Positions 26,055 through 35,239 of a DNA stretch of 64,000 nucleotides are shown piece by piece. The position numbers were made by a program, and so were the translations under genes. The stretch covers positions 142,684 to 206,683 of the forward strand of contig JASFHK010000001.1 of assembly GCA_050123275.1 (NCBI GenBank), written 5' to 3'. The DNA comes from Dehalococcoidia bacterium (GTDB lineage: Bacteria > Chloroflexota > Dehalococcoidia > Dehalococcoidales > BS750m-G39). The first letter of the stretch is position 1, and each line of letters begins with the position of its first letter. Below the pieces are notes generated by a model. That model was not told the origin of the DNA. It saw only the letters and a program-made list of their open reading frames with translations, and ran no database searches.

Positions 26055-27242
26055 ATGACCAACTGGCCGGCTATGGAAGCCAAATACATCATGAACGTCA
26101 CCGAGCGCCTGCCCCTGACCATTGTCCGTGGCCAGGGCGCCCGCGCCTGGGACGAAGACGGCAAGGAATACCTTGACTTCGTCGGCGGCTGGGCGGTCAA
26201 CAGCCTGGGGCACTGCCACCCGGCGGTGGTCAAGGCCATCACCGAGCAGGCGCAGTTGCTCATCCATACCTCCAACCAGTTCTACACCGTCCCCCAGCTG
26301 CGGCTGGCCCAGCTTCTGGTCGAGAACAGCTGCCTGGACAAGGTCTTTTTCGGCAACAGCGGCGCCGAGGCTAACGAGGCGGCCATCAAGCTGGCCCGAC
26401 GCTACGGGCAGCTTAAACTGGGCGGCGCCTACGAGATTATCACCACATTAGGCTCTTTCCACGGCCGCACGCTGGCTACGGTGGCGGCCACGGGACAGGA
26501 AAAGTTCCAGAAGCCGTTTCCGCCTCTCCCCACCGGCTTCGTCAACGTGAAGTACAACAGCATCGGCGCCATCAAGTCGGCGACCACCCAGCGCACCTGC
26601 GCCGTCATGATTGAGCCGTTACAGGGTGAAGGCGGGGTCAACCTGCCCGCCGACGGCTATCTGGCCGAGGTGCGCGCCTGGTGCGACCAGAAGGGCATCC
26701 TGCTCATCTTGGACGAGGTCCAGACGGGCATGGGACGGACGGGCAGCCTTTTCGCCTACGAGCAGTACGGCGTTGAACCTGATATAATGACACTGGCCAA
26801 GGGACTGGGCAGCGGGGTGGCTATCGGCGCCATCATGGCCAAGGAGAAGGCGGCGGTTTTCGTCCCCGGCGAGCACGGCTCCACCTTCGGCGGCAACCCG
26901 TTGGCCTGCGCCGCGGGCTACGCCACGCTCAAGTTCGTCATCGGTAACGATATACCGGGCCGGGCCGGTGCGGTGGGCGACTACCTGCTAAAAAAGCTGG
27001 CCGAATTGAAGCGGAAACACCCTCTGATTACCGGAATCCGCGGCAAGGGGCTGCTGGTGGCGGTGGAGCTCGATAAAGATGTCGCCGCGACGCTGACGGT
27101 GGACTGCCTGAAGAAAGGCTTACTGGTCAACCAGCTTAAAGCCAACACCATCCGCTTCATGCCGCCCCTCATTATCGGCAACGAAGAAGTCGACGAGGCG
27201 CTGGGTATTTTCGAGGGCGTCCTCGCCGCGCTGGATAACTAA
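26055..27242 (+). CDS. argD: acetylornithine aminotransferase
   Basis: 395 aa class-III aminotransferase. DEVQTGMGRTG and PLP-Lys context TLAKGLG. Confidence 0.9.
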   Translation: MTNWPAMEAKYIMNVTERLPLTIVRGQGARAWDEDGKEYLDFVGGWAVNSLGHCHPAVVKAITEQAQLLIHTSNQFYTVPQLRLAQLLVENSCLDKVFFGNSGAEANEAAIKLARRYGQLKLGGAYEIITTLGSFHGRTLATVAATGQEKFQKPFPPLPTGFVNVKYNSIGAIKSATTQRTCAVMIEPLQGEGGVNLPADGYLAEVRAWCDQKGILLILDEVQTGMGRTGSLFAYEQYGVEPDIMTLAKGLGSGVAIGAIMAKEKAAVFVPGEHGSTFGGNPLACAAGYATLKFVIGNDIPGRAGAVGDYLLKKLAELKRKHPLITGIRGKGLLVAVELDKDVAATLTVDCLKKGLLVNQLKANTIRFMPPLIIGNEEVDEALGIFEGVLAALDN

Positions 27243-27259
27243 AAAAATTAGGGTTTACC

Positions 27260-27487
27260 TTGAGGAAGCTTTACTGGCTGGGTATAGCCCTGGGCCTGGT
27301 AGCGGTGCTGGTGGTCATTATGGCAGTGATAATCGCTAGTTATGTTGATGGCGGCGTAACCTCCGAAATCGGCACCGAGCCCCACATCGTAGTCGCCCCG
27401 GGGCACGACTACTGGTGGCAGTACCCCGAGGTTCGCTCTCAAATAACGCAGTTTCTGAGAGCCAACTTCGCCCCGGAGAATAACTGA
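27260..27487 (+). CDS. small membrane-anchored hypothetical protein
   Basis: 75 aa with a TTG start and one N-terminal TM helix (LGIALGLVAVLVVIMAVIIA). Confidence 0.45.
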   Translation: MRKLYWLGIALGLVAVLVVIMAVIIASYVDGGVTSEIGTEPHIVVAPGHDYWWQYPEVRSQITQFLRANFAPENN

Positions 27488-27508
27488 CTAGAATAACGGA
27501 GGTGAGGA

Positions 27509-28717
27509 GTGGCTGAAAAAGTAGTGCTCGCCTATAGCGGCGGCGTGGATACATCGGTAGCCATCAAGTGGCTGCAGGAAAAGTACAACGTGGACGTGAT
27601 TGCCTTCAGCGTGGATGTCGGCAACGAGCCCGACTTCCCCGCTATCAAGGAAAAGGCGCTCAAGATGGGGGCCATTAAGGCGGTGGTCTTCGACGCCAAA
27701 AAGGAGTTTATCGAGGACTTCGTTTTCCCCGCCCTCAAGGCTAACGCCATGTACGAGGGCTATTACCCCCTGGCGACGGCCCTGGCCCGCCCCCTGATGG
27801 GACAACTGCTGGTGGAAACGGCGCTAAAAGAAGGCGCTAAGGCGGTGGCTCACGGCTGCACGGGCAAGGGCAACGACCAGGTACGTTTCGACGTCAGCGT
27901 GGCCGGGCTGGCCCCGGAGCTTAAGATAATGGCTCCCGCCCGCGACTGGGAGATGACCCGCGACGAGACCATCGACTACGCCAAGCGCCACGGCATCCCC
28001 CTGCCCGTTACCGCCGAAAGCCCCTATTCCATAGACCAGAACCTCTGGGGGCGCAGCATCGAGTGCGGCGTCATGGAAGACCCCTGGGCCGAGCCCCCCG
28101 ACGACGTCTTTATCTGGGTCAAGCCCATCGGCCAGACCCCGGATAAGGCCGAGTACGTCGAAATCGAGTTCAAGCAGGGCGTGCCCGTGGCCGTCAACGG
28201 CAAGAAGATGGACGGCATCTCTTTAGTCCAACTGGTCAACGACATCGCCGGCAAGCACGGCGTGGGCAGAATCGACCATATCGAGGACAGGGTGGTCGGC
28301 ATCAAGTCCCGCGAGGTCTACGAAGCCCCCGCCGCCCTGCTTCTCATCCAGGCGCACAAGGCCCTGGAGTCGCTTTGCCTGTCCCGGGAGCAGTTACGCT
28401 TCAAGGAGCTAGTCTCCGCCGAGTACGCCGACCTGGTTTACGACGGCCTCTGGTTTACCGGCTACCGCGAAAACCTGACAGCCTATATTGAATCCTCCCA
28501 GCGCTACGTCACCGGCATGGTCCGGGTGAAATTGCATAAAGGCAGTTGCGAGGTGGTGGGGCGTAAGTCGCCCTACGCGCTCTACATCCACGAGCTGGCT
28601 ACCTACGACCAGGGTGACGTTTTCGACCAGAGCGCCTCCGCCGGTTTTATTCACCTCTGGGGGCTGCCCGCCCGCATACAGGCGCGGGTGCAGGGCAAAA
28701 AAACAAAGGAAGGCTAA
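27509..28717 (+). CDS. argG: argininosuccinate synthase
   Basis: 402 aa. AYSGGVDTS and GCTGKGNDQVRF. Confidence 0.95.
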   Translation: MAEKVVLAYSGGVDTSVAIKWLQEKYNVDVIAFSVDVGNEPDFPAIKEKALKMGAIKAVVFDAKKEFIEDFVFPALKANAMYEGYYPLATALARPLMGQLLVETALKEGAKAVAHGCTGKGNDQVRFDVSVAGLAPELKIMAPARDWEMTRDETIDYAKRHGIPLPVTAESPYSIDQNLWGRSIECGVMEDPWAEPPDDVFIWVKPIGQTPDKAEYVEIEFKQGVPVAVNGKKMDGISLVQLVNDIAGKHGVGRIDHIEDRVVGIKSREVYEAPAALLLIQAHKALESLCLSREQLRFKELVSAEYADLVYDGLWFTGYRENLTAYIESSQRYVTGMVRVKLHKGSCEVVGRKSPYALYIHELATYDQGDVFDQSASAGFIHLWGLPARIQARVQGKKTKEG

Positions 28718-28718
28718 G

Positions 28719-30098
28719 ATGAGCCAAATAAGGGGTCGCTTTAAGAAACAGGCGGACAAAATGGTGGACGCCTATACCACCTCCATTCCCTACGACTGGC
28801 GTCTCTATCCCTATGACATCGCCGGCAGCATCGCCCACGCTCACATGCTGGCCAGGCAGGGCATTATCGCCGACAAGGACGCTGAGACCATCGTCAACGG
28901 CCTGACGGCGATTCAGCGCGAGATAGAGGGCGGCGAGTTCCAGTTCAAGGTGGAACTGGAAGACATTCACATGAACATCGAGGCCCGCCTCATCGAGCTG
29001 GTGGGGGAGGTGGGGGGCAAGCTCCACACCGCCCGTTCCCGCAACGACCAGGTGGCTTTAGACCTGCGCCTCTTCTGCCGCGACGCTATCGATTCCACCC
29101 TGTCCCAGGTAGAAAAGCTGCAGCGGACGCTTATCGCCCTGGCCGAGGCTAACAAAAAAGTGGTCGTCCCCGGCTACACCCACCTGCAGACGGCGCAGCC
29201 CGTGCTGCTGGCGCACCACCTCCTGGCCTATTTCGAGATGCTCAAGCGCGATAGCTCCCGCTTCGGCGATTGCCTCCAGCGCACCGACGTCATGCCGCTG
29301 GGCAGCGGCGCCCTGGCCGGCGTCGCCCACGACATCGACCGCGCCTTCGTGGCTAAAGAGCTGGACTTCGCCGGAATCAGCGCCAACAGCCTTGACGCCG
29401 TCTCCGATAGGGACTTCGTCATCGAATACCTGGCGGCGGCCTCTGTCTGTATGATGCACTTATCCAGGCTGGCCGAGGAGATGATTATCTGGTCTTCCGC
29501 CGAGTTCGCCTTCATCGAGCTGGACGAGGCTTACGCCACCGGCTCCAGCATCATGCCCCAGAAAAAGAACCCCGACGTCGCCGAGCTGGCGCGGGGCAAG
29601 ACGGGCCGGGTCTACGGCGACCTGATGGCGCTGCTGACCACGATGAAGGCGCTGCCGCTGGCCTATAACCGCGATTTACAGGAAGACAAGGAAGCCCTCT
29701 TCGACGGCGTGGAAACGCTGCTCTCCACTCTCGAAGTTTTCACCGGCATGCTCAAGACCCTTAAAATAAACGAGGCCAACGCCCGAAAGTCGCTGGAAAA
29801 GGGCTATATTCTGGCCACCGACCTGGCCGACTACCTGGTCAAAAAGGGCCGGGCTTTTCGCGTCGCCCACGAGATAGTGGGCAACCTGGTGAGCTACGCC
29901 GTCGAAAAGGACAAGCCGCTGGCCGAGCTGACCCTGGCCGAATACAAGCAGTTCTGCGCCCTCTTCGAGGACGACGTTTTCGAAATAACAATAGAGTCCT
30001 CTCTGGCCGCCCGCGACGTTCCCGGCGGCACCGCCCCCAGACAGGTGGGAAAAGCGTTATCTGCCGCCAAGAAATCACTGGGGGCCAAGAGTGGCTAG
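28719..30098 (+). CDS. argH: argininosuccinate lyase
   Basis: Start moved to ATG 28719 (MSQIRGRFKK), 1 nt after the argG stop. GSSIMPQKKNPD signature. Confidence 0.95.
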   Translation: MSQIRGRFKKQADKMVDAYTTSIPYDWRLYPYDIAGSIAHAHMLARQGIIADKDAETIVNGLTAIQREIEGGEFQFKVELEDIHMNIEARLIELVGEVGGKLHTARSRNDQVALDLRLFCRDAIDSTLSQVEKLQRTLIALAEANKKVVVPGYTHLQTAQPVLLAHHLLAYFEMLKRDSSRFGDCLQRTDVMPLGSGALAGVAHDIDRAFVAKELDFAGISANSLDAVSDRDFVIEYLAAASVCMMHLSRLAEEMIIWSSAEFAFIELDEAYATGSSIMPQKKNPDVAELARGKTGRVYGDLMALLTTMKALPLAYNRDLQEDKEALFDGVETLLSTLEVFTGMLKTLKINEANARKSLEKGYILATDLADYLVKKGRAFRVAHEIVGNLVSYAVEKDKPLAELTLAEYKQFCALFEDDVFEITIESSLAARDVPGGTAPRQVGKALSAAKKSLGAKSG

Positions 30099-30756
30099 TC
30101 CCGGCATAAAGCTGGCCCCCTCCATTCTCTCCGCCGACTTCGCCCGCCTGGGCGAGCAGGTCGCCGAAGCCACCGGGGCCGGCGCCGACTACATCCACGT
30201 TGATGTCATGGACGGGCAGTTCGTGCCCCCCATCACCATCGGCGCGCCGGTGGTGGCGGCCATCCGCAACTGGACGAAATTACCTCTGGACGTCCACCTC
30301 ATGATTAAAGACCCGGAAAATCAGATTCAACAGTTCGCCGAGGCCGGCGCCGACATCATCACCGTCCACATCGAGGCCTGCCCCGACGCGGCCGGGCTGG
30401 TGGCAAAGATTAAAAAGCTGGGGGTAAAGGCGGGCGTCTCGCTCAACCCGGAGACGCCTTTAAGCGCCATAAGCGGAATACTGCCCGAATTGGACCTGGC
30501 GCTGGTGATGACGGTCAATCCCGGCTACGGGGGGCAACCCTTCATCGAATCCACTCTGGAAAAGATAGCGCAACTGCGCTCCGAGCTGGATACAAAAGGT
30601 CTGGCTGCCGAACTGGAGGTGGACGGGGGCATCAACGCCCGAACGGCGCCGAAGGTGATTAAAGCGGGGGCGAGGGTGCTGGTGGCGGGGGCGGCGGTAT
30701 TCGCCTCGGGGCGGACGGTTAAGGAGTCTCTGGCTGCGCTTCGGCCTTCGTCTTAG
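30091..30756 (+). CDS. rpe: ribulose-phosphate 3-epimerase
   Basis: 221 aa with a GTG start overlapping the argH end. PSILSADF, HVDVMDG, MTVNPGYGGQ. Confidence 0.9.
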   Translation: MASPGIKLAPSILSADFARLGEQVAEATGAGADYIHVDVMDGQFVPPITIGAPVVAAIRNWTKLPLDVHLMIKDPENQIQQFAEAGADIITVHIEACPDAAGLVAKIKKLGVKAGVSLNPETPLSAISGILPELDLALVMTVNPGYGGQPFIESTLEKIAQLRSELDTKGLAAELEVDGGINARTAPKVIKAGARVLVAGAAVFASGRTVKESLAALRPSS

Positions 30757-30931
30757 CCAGCTTGTGCTGGGTGCGCAGGCAGCGCGTGCAGAGGTTCATC
30801 TTCTTCTTTTTGCCGTCAACGGTTAAGGTAACCGGGTGAATGTTGGGCGTCCACTGCCGGTTGGTGTGGCGTTTGGAATGGCTTATGTTATGGCCGAACA
30901 TCGGCGTTTTGCCGCAGATATCGCACTTCAA
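30719..30931 (-). CDS. rpmB: 50S ribosomal protein L28
   Basis: 70 aa. MKCDICGKTPMFGHNISHSKRHTNRQW. Confidence 0.9.
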   Translation of the reverse strand: MKCDICGKTPMFGHNISHSKRHTNRQWTPNIHPVTLTVDGKKKKMNLCTRCLRTQHKLAKTKAEAQPETP

Positions 30932-30945
30932 GGCGTGTTTCTCCT

Positions 30946-30974
30946 TTGACTATTGCCCCGATTTAGGGTAGAAT
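30946..30974 (+). promoter_or_regulatory. candidate promoter for the DAK2/DegV/recG gene string
   Basis: TTGACT (30946-30951), 17-nt spacer, then TAGAAT (30969-30974). Confidence 0.4.
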
Positions 30975-31051
30975 TTCGCAGTAAATCGCAATACAATATA
31001 CTATCACAGCCAGGTAATTCTGGCAAGGACGGAGAAAGGGACTTTTAAGAG

Positions 31052-32686
31052 ATGACGCCAACCAAGTCCATCAACGGGCGGGACCTCAAGGAAATGTTCT
31101 CCGCCGCTGCGAGCTGGCTGGAAAAAAGCTCCGCCGACATAGACGCCCTTAACGTTTTCCCCGTGCCCGACGGCGACACCGGCACCAACATGCTGCTTAC
31201 CATGCGCTCTACCGTCGAAGAGTCGCAGATAGCGACCGACTCCAGCGTTTCCGGCGTGGCCAAGGCGATGGCCAAGGGCGCGCTGGTGGGGGCGAGGGGC
31301 AACAGCGGCGTAATTCTTTCCCAGATTTTCAGCGGCCTGTCCCAGTCGCTGGACGGCAAAGATTCCATCACCGGCAAGGAGCTGGCCGAAGCCCTGGCCA
31401 AGGCTTCCTCGGTGGCTTACGCCGGTTTGAGCAACCCCGTGGAGGGCACCATTCTCACCGTGATGCGGGAGGCGGCGGAGGCCGCCCAGTCGCACGCCGA
31501 CACCGTCAGCGACGACGCCGTCTCGGTGGTGGAGGCGGCGGCCAACGCCGCCAAGGAATCGGTGGCCAGGACGCCCACCCTCCTCCCCGTTCTCATGGAG
31601 GCGGGCGTGGTCGACGCCGGCGGGCAGGGGCTTTACACCATACTGGAGGGCGTTCTCCACTACCTCAAGGGCGAGGTGGAACAGCTGAAATTGCGCCGCC
31701 CCTGGATGGTGGCCAGCAGCGTTCCTCTCACCGCCAAGGTCCCCCAGACGACCGGCGTGGACGAGGTCCCCTACGGCTATTGCACCAACTTCGTCATCCA
31801 GGGCGACGGGCTGGAGCCCGAAAAGCTGCGCAAGCGGCTGGAAAAGCGGGGGCAATCGGTCATCGTCGTCGGCGATAAATCCGCGGTCAGGGTGCATATT
31901 CATACCCTCGACCCCGGCGACATCATCAGCTACGTCGTCCCCCTGGGCACGCTGCACGAGATAAACATCCGCAATATGGACGAGCAGTACCGCGACTTCA
32001 TCGAGATGCAAAAAGATAGGATGCCCGTCGTCGAGGTGGCCATCGTCACCGTGGTCGTCGGCGACGGTCTGGCTAACGTTTTCACCAGTCTGGGCGCCAC
32101 CTTTATCGTCCCCGGCGGCCAGACGATGAACCCCAGCACCAAAGACCTGCTCCAGGCCGTCGAGGCGGTGTCCTCGGAAAAGGTCATCATCCTGCCCAAC
32201 AACAAGAACATCGTGCTCACCGCGGGGCAGGTGCAATCGCTTACCGAAAAAACCGTCGTCGTCGTTCCCACCACCACCATTCCCCAAGGGGTGGCGGCGC
32301 TGCTGGCTTTCGACTACGAAGCCGACATGGATACCAACGCCCAGAACATGGAAAAGGCGCGGGAGGTGGTAAAGTCCGTCGAGGTGACGCGGGCGGTGCG
32401 CTCGACGACGCTGGGCGGGCTGGAAATCAAGAAGAAACAGGCCATCGGCTTTCTCGACGGCGACCTGGTAGCGGTGGGCAACAACCCCGACGATGTCGTC
32501 CAGGAAGCGCTGTCCAAGGCCGAACTGGACAAGGCCGAGGTCATCACCATCTATTTCGGTGACGACACCACCTCGGAAGAAGCGGAAGCGGTCGGCGACG
32601 CCCTCGACAAAAAGCACTCCCATCTTCAGGTGGAGGTAGTCCAGGGCGGCCAGCCTCACTATAACTATATTGTCTCCGTGGAATAA
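31052..32686 (+). CDS. DAK2 domain protein (YloV / fatty-acid kinase FakA-like)
   Basis: 544 aa. VPDGDTGTNM DhaL-type motif and the conserved position upstream of recG. Confidence 0.85.
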   Translation: MTPTKSINGRDLKEMFSAAASWLEKSSADIDALNVFPVPDGDTGTNMLLTMRSTVEESQIATDSSVSGVAKAMAKGALVGARGNSGVILSQIFSGLSQSLDGKDSITGKELAEALAKASSVAYAGLSNPVEGTILTVMREAAEAAQSHADTVSDDAVSVVEAAANAAKESVARTPTLLPVLMEAGVVDAGGQGLYTILEGVLHYLKGEVEQLKLRRPWMVASSVPLTAKVPQTTGVDEVPYGYCTNFVIQGDGLEPEKLRKRLEKRGQSVIVVGDKSAVRVHIHTLDPGDIISYVVPLGTLHEINIRNMDEQYRDFIEMQKDRMPVVEVAIVTVVVGDGLANVFTSLGATFIVPGGQTMNPSTKDLLQAVEAVSSEKVIILPNNKNIVLTAGQVQSLTEKTVVVVPTTTIPQGVAALLAFDYEADMDTNAQNMEKAREVVKSVEVTRAVRSTTLGGLEIKKKQAIGFLDGDLVAVGNNPDDVVQEALSKAELDKAEVITIYFGDDTTSEEAEAVGDALDKKHSHLQVEVVQGGQPHYNYIVSVE

Positions 32687-32698
32687 AGGGAGAGTTAG

Positions 32699-33541
32699 AT
32701 GACGGTAAAGATTATTACCGACAGCCTGGGTGACCTACCCGCCGAGCTGGTCAAGGAGCTGGGCATCACCATCATACCGCTCACCGTTCACTTCGGCGAC
32801 GAGGTCTATCGCGACGGCGTCGATATCGACACGGCCAGGTTCTACGAGAAGCTGCTCAAGAGCCGGGTGGCGCCCACCACCCGGATATCCAGCCTGGGCG
32901 TTTACGTCCAGACCTTCGACAAGCTGGCCGAGGAAACCGACCAGATTCTGGTCATCACCAACTCCCAGAAGATGAGCGCCAGCTACGAGGCCATGGTCGA
33001 AGCCGTGGACGAAATGACCCGCTCCTGCCGCGTCGAGGTCATCGACTCCCAGTGGGCGGTCATGGCGCAGGGCTTAATCGTCCTCGCCGCCGCCAGGGCG
33101 GCCAAAGAGGGCGCCGGTCTCGACGAGCTGGTGTCTTTGACCAGAAAGAACATCCCCCGCGCCGATATCCGCATGGCTTTCGATACATTACAGTATCTGG
33201 AGGAGGGCGGCCGTATCGGCAAGGCGCGCGCCTTCCTGGGCTCTAAACTGAAGGTAACCCCCATACTGGGGATAAGAGAGGGCGAGGCTTTCCCCTTCTC
33301 CCGGGAGCACTCCCGCGCCCGGGCTATCGACCACCTCTACTACTTCGCCACCAGCTTCTCCCACATCGAGGAAATGGCGGTGGAGGATGCCACCACTTCC
33401 AGGGAAGCCGACGCTCTGACCAAGCGGCTCAAGACACAGTTTCCCAAAACGACCATTCACCGTACCGTGGTTAGCCCGGTAATCGGGGCTCACGTGGGCC
33501 CCCGCGTTATCGGGGTAGCCGTGCTCGGGGACAGGGGGTAA
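32699..33541 (+). CDS. DegV family (FakB-like fatty-acid binding) protein, paralogue 1
   Basis: 280 aa. MTVKIITDSLGDLP..IIPLTVHFGDEVYRDG. Confidence 0.9.
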   Translation: MTVKIITDSLGDLPAELVKELGITIIPLTVHFGDEVYRDGVDIDTARFYEKLLKSRVAPTTRISSLGVYVQTFDKLAEETDQILVITNSQKMSASYEAMVEAVDEMTRSCRVEVIDSQWAVMAQGLIVLAAARAAKEGAGLDELVSLTRKNIPRADIRMAFDTLQYLEEGGRIGKARAFLGSKLKVTPILGIREGEAFPFSREHSRARAIDHLYYFATSFSHIEEMAVEDATTSREADALTKRLKTQFPKTTIHRTVVSPVIGAHVGPRVIGVAVLGDRG

Positions 33542-33545
33542 GAGA

Positions 33546-34391
33546 ATGACGGTTAAGATTGTTACCGACAGCACTTCGGACCTATCCAAGGAAACCGCCA
33601 AGGAGCTGGGTATCACGGTGGTGCCCCTCTACGTCAACTTCGGCAGCGAGGCCTACCGCGACGGCATCGAGCTCACCACCGACGAGTTCTATCCCAAGAT
33701 GGTGTCCAACACCGATATAATACCCACCACCTCGGTGCCGGCGCCGCTCGACTTCTCCAAAGAATACGACCGACTGGCCGATGAGGCCGACGGTATTCTG
33801 GTGCTGACCATCTCCCGCAAGCTAAGCGCCACCTACGATTCGGCCAAGCAGGGCATCGAGGAGAGAAAGACCAAGTGCCCTATCGAGCTGCTCGATTCGC
33901 GGCTGTCGCTGATGGGCTTGGGCTTAATCGCCATCGCCGCCGCCAAGGCGGCCAAACAGGGTGCCAGCCTCGAAGAGCTGGTGGCGCTGACTAAAGAGAA
34001 CATCCCCCGCCTCGATATGCGCATCGCCTTCGATACGCTGGAGTATTTAAGGCGCGGCGGCCGTATCGGTAAGGCGCAGGCTTTCTTCGGCTCGCTGCTC
34101 AAGGTCAACCCTATCCTCACCCTCAAAGACGGTGAGATTTATCCCGCGGCCCGGGAGCGCTCCCGCGCCAAGGCCATCGACTATCTGGTCAACTTCGCCG
34201 CCGGCTATAAAAATATCGAGGAGATGGCGGTGGAGGACGCCACCACTCCCGATGAAGCCGACGACCTGGTGGAGCGTCTGGGGGCCAGTTTTTCCAAGGA
34301 GGCAATCTATCGCTCTAAGGTAAGCCCGGTAATCGGCGCTCACGTCGGTCCCAGGGTCCTTAGCGTGATGGTACTCGGGGAGGTAATCTAG
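33546..34391 (+). CDS. DegV family protein, paralogue 2
   Basis: 281 aa. MTVKIVTDSTSDLS..VVPLYVNFGSEAYRDG. Confidence 0.9.
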   Translation: MTVKIVTDSTSDLSKETAKELGITVVPLYVNFGSEAYRDGIELTTDEFYPKMVSNTDIIPTTSVPAPLDFSKEYDRLADEADGILVLTISRKLSATYDSAKQGIEERKTKCPIELLDSRLSLMGLGLIAIAAAKAAKQGASLEELVALTKENIPRLDMRIAFDTLEYLRRGGRIGKAQAFFGSLLKVNPILTLKDGEIYPAARERSRAKAIDYLVNFAAGYKNIEEMAVEDATTPDEADDLVERLGASFSKEAIYRSKVSPVIGAHVGPRVLSVMVLGEVI

Positions 34392-34392
34392 A

Positions 34393-35235
34393 GTGACCGT
34401 CGGTATCGTCACCGACACTGTGGCCGACCTTTCCCCACAAATGGTCAAAGAGCTGGACGTCTCGGTAGTGCCGTTGAGCGTCCGCTTCGGCGAGAATGTT
34501 TACCGCGACGGTATCGACCTCACCCCCGACCAGTTCTACGCCAAGCTCAAGACGAGCAAGGTGTTCCCCAATTCCTCGGTGCCCTCGCCCGGCGACTTTC
34601 TTAGTGTCTATAACGAGCTGGCCGAAAAGACCGACGAAATCGTGGTAATCACGGTCACCTCGCGTCTGAGCGCCACCTGCGAGGTGGCCCGCCAGAGCAT
34701 CGCCCTGATGAAGCGCAAGTGCCGCGTCGAGATAGTCGACTCGCGCACGGCGACCATGGCCGAGGGCTTTATCGTCATGGCGGCGGCCAAGGCAGCCCAA
34801 GAGGGCGCCACTATCGACGAAGTGATAGCAGTCGCCCGGCGCAACATCCCCCGCGTTGACTTCTTGGCTGCCTTCGATACTCTGGAATACCTGCGGCGGG
34901 GCGGGCGCATCGGGCGGGCGCAGGCTTTACTGGGCTCGCTGCTCAGGATCAACCCCCTCATCAACCTCCGCGAAGGCGTCGTCGAGCCGGCGGGGCGCAC
35001 CCGCTCCCGCGTTAAAGCCATCGACCGCCTCTACGCGTTCGCCGCCGCCTACAAAAACATCGAGGAAATGGCGGTGGAAGACACCGCCTGCCCCGAAGAG
35101 GCCGAGGCGTTGCGGGAAAGGCTGGGCGCCATTTATCCCAAGGAGCGCATCTACCGCTCGCGGATGACGCCTGTCATCGGTACTCACACCGGCCCCGGCC
35201 TGCTCGTGGTGGTGGTGCTGGGGGACAGGGACTAG
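34393..35235 (+). CDS. DegV family protein, paralogue 3
   Basis: 280 aa with a GTG start. MTVGIVTDTVADLS..VVPLSVRFGENVYRDG. Confidence 0.9.
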   Translation: MTVGIVTDTVADLSPQMVKELDVSVVPLSVRFGENVYRDGIDLTPDQFYAKLKTSKVFPNSSVPSPGDFLSVYNELAEKTDEIVVITVTSRLSATCEVARQSIALMKRKCRVEIVDSRTATMAEGFIVMAAAKAAQEGATIDEVIAVARRNIPRVDFLAAFDTLEYLRRGGRIGRAQALLGSLLRINPLINLREGVVEPAGRTRSRVKAIDRLYAFAAAYKNIEEMAVEDTACPEEAEALRERLGAIYPKERIYRSRMTPVIGTHTGPGLLVVVVLGDRD

Positions 35236-35239
35236 ACCG

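Noticed and set aside
31004-32659. 551-aa ORF on the minus strand, antisense to the DAK2 gene
   Set aside because: It is a typical high-GC shadow ORF. Composition is Arg/Gly/Ala/His/Asp-rich and low-complexity, with no recognisable motif. It fully overlaps a gene that has clear family motifs (DGDTGTNM).
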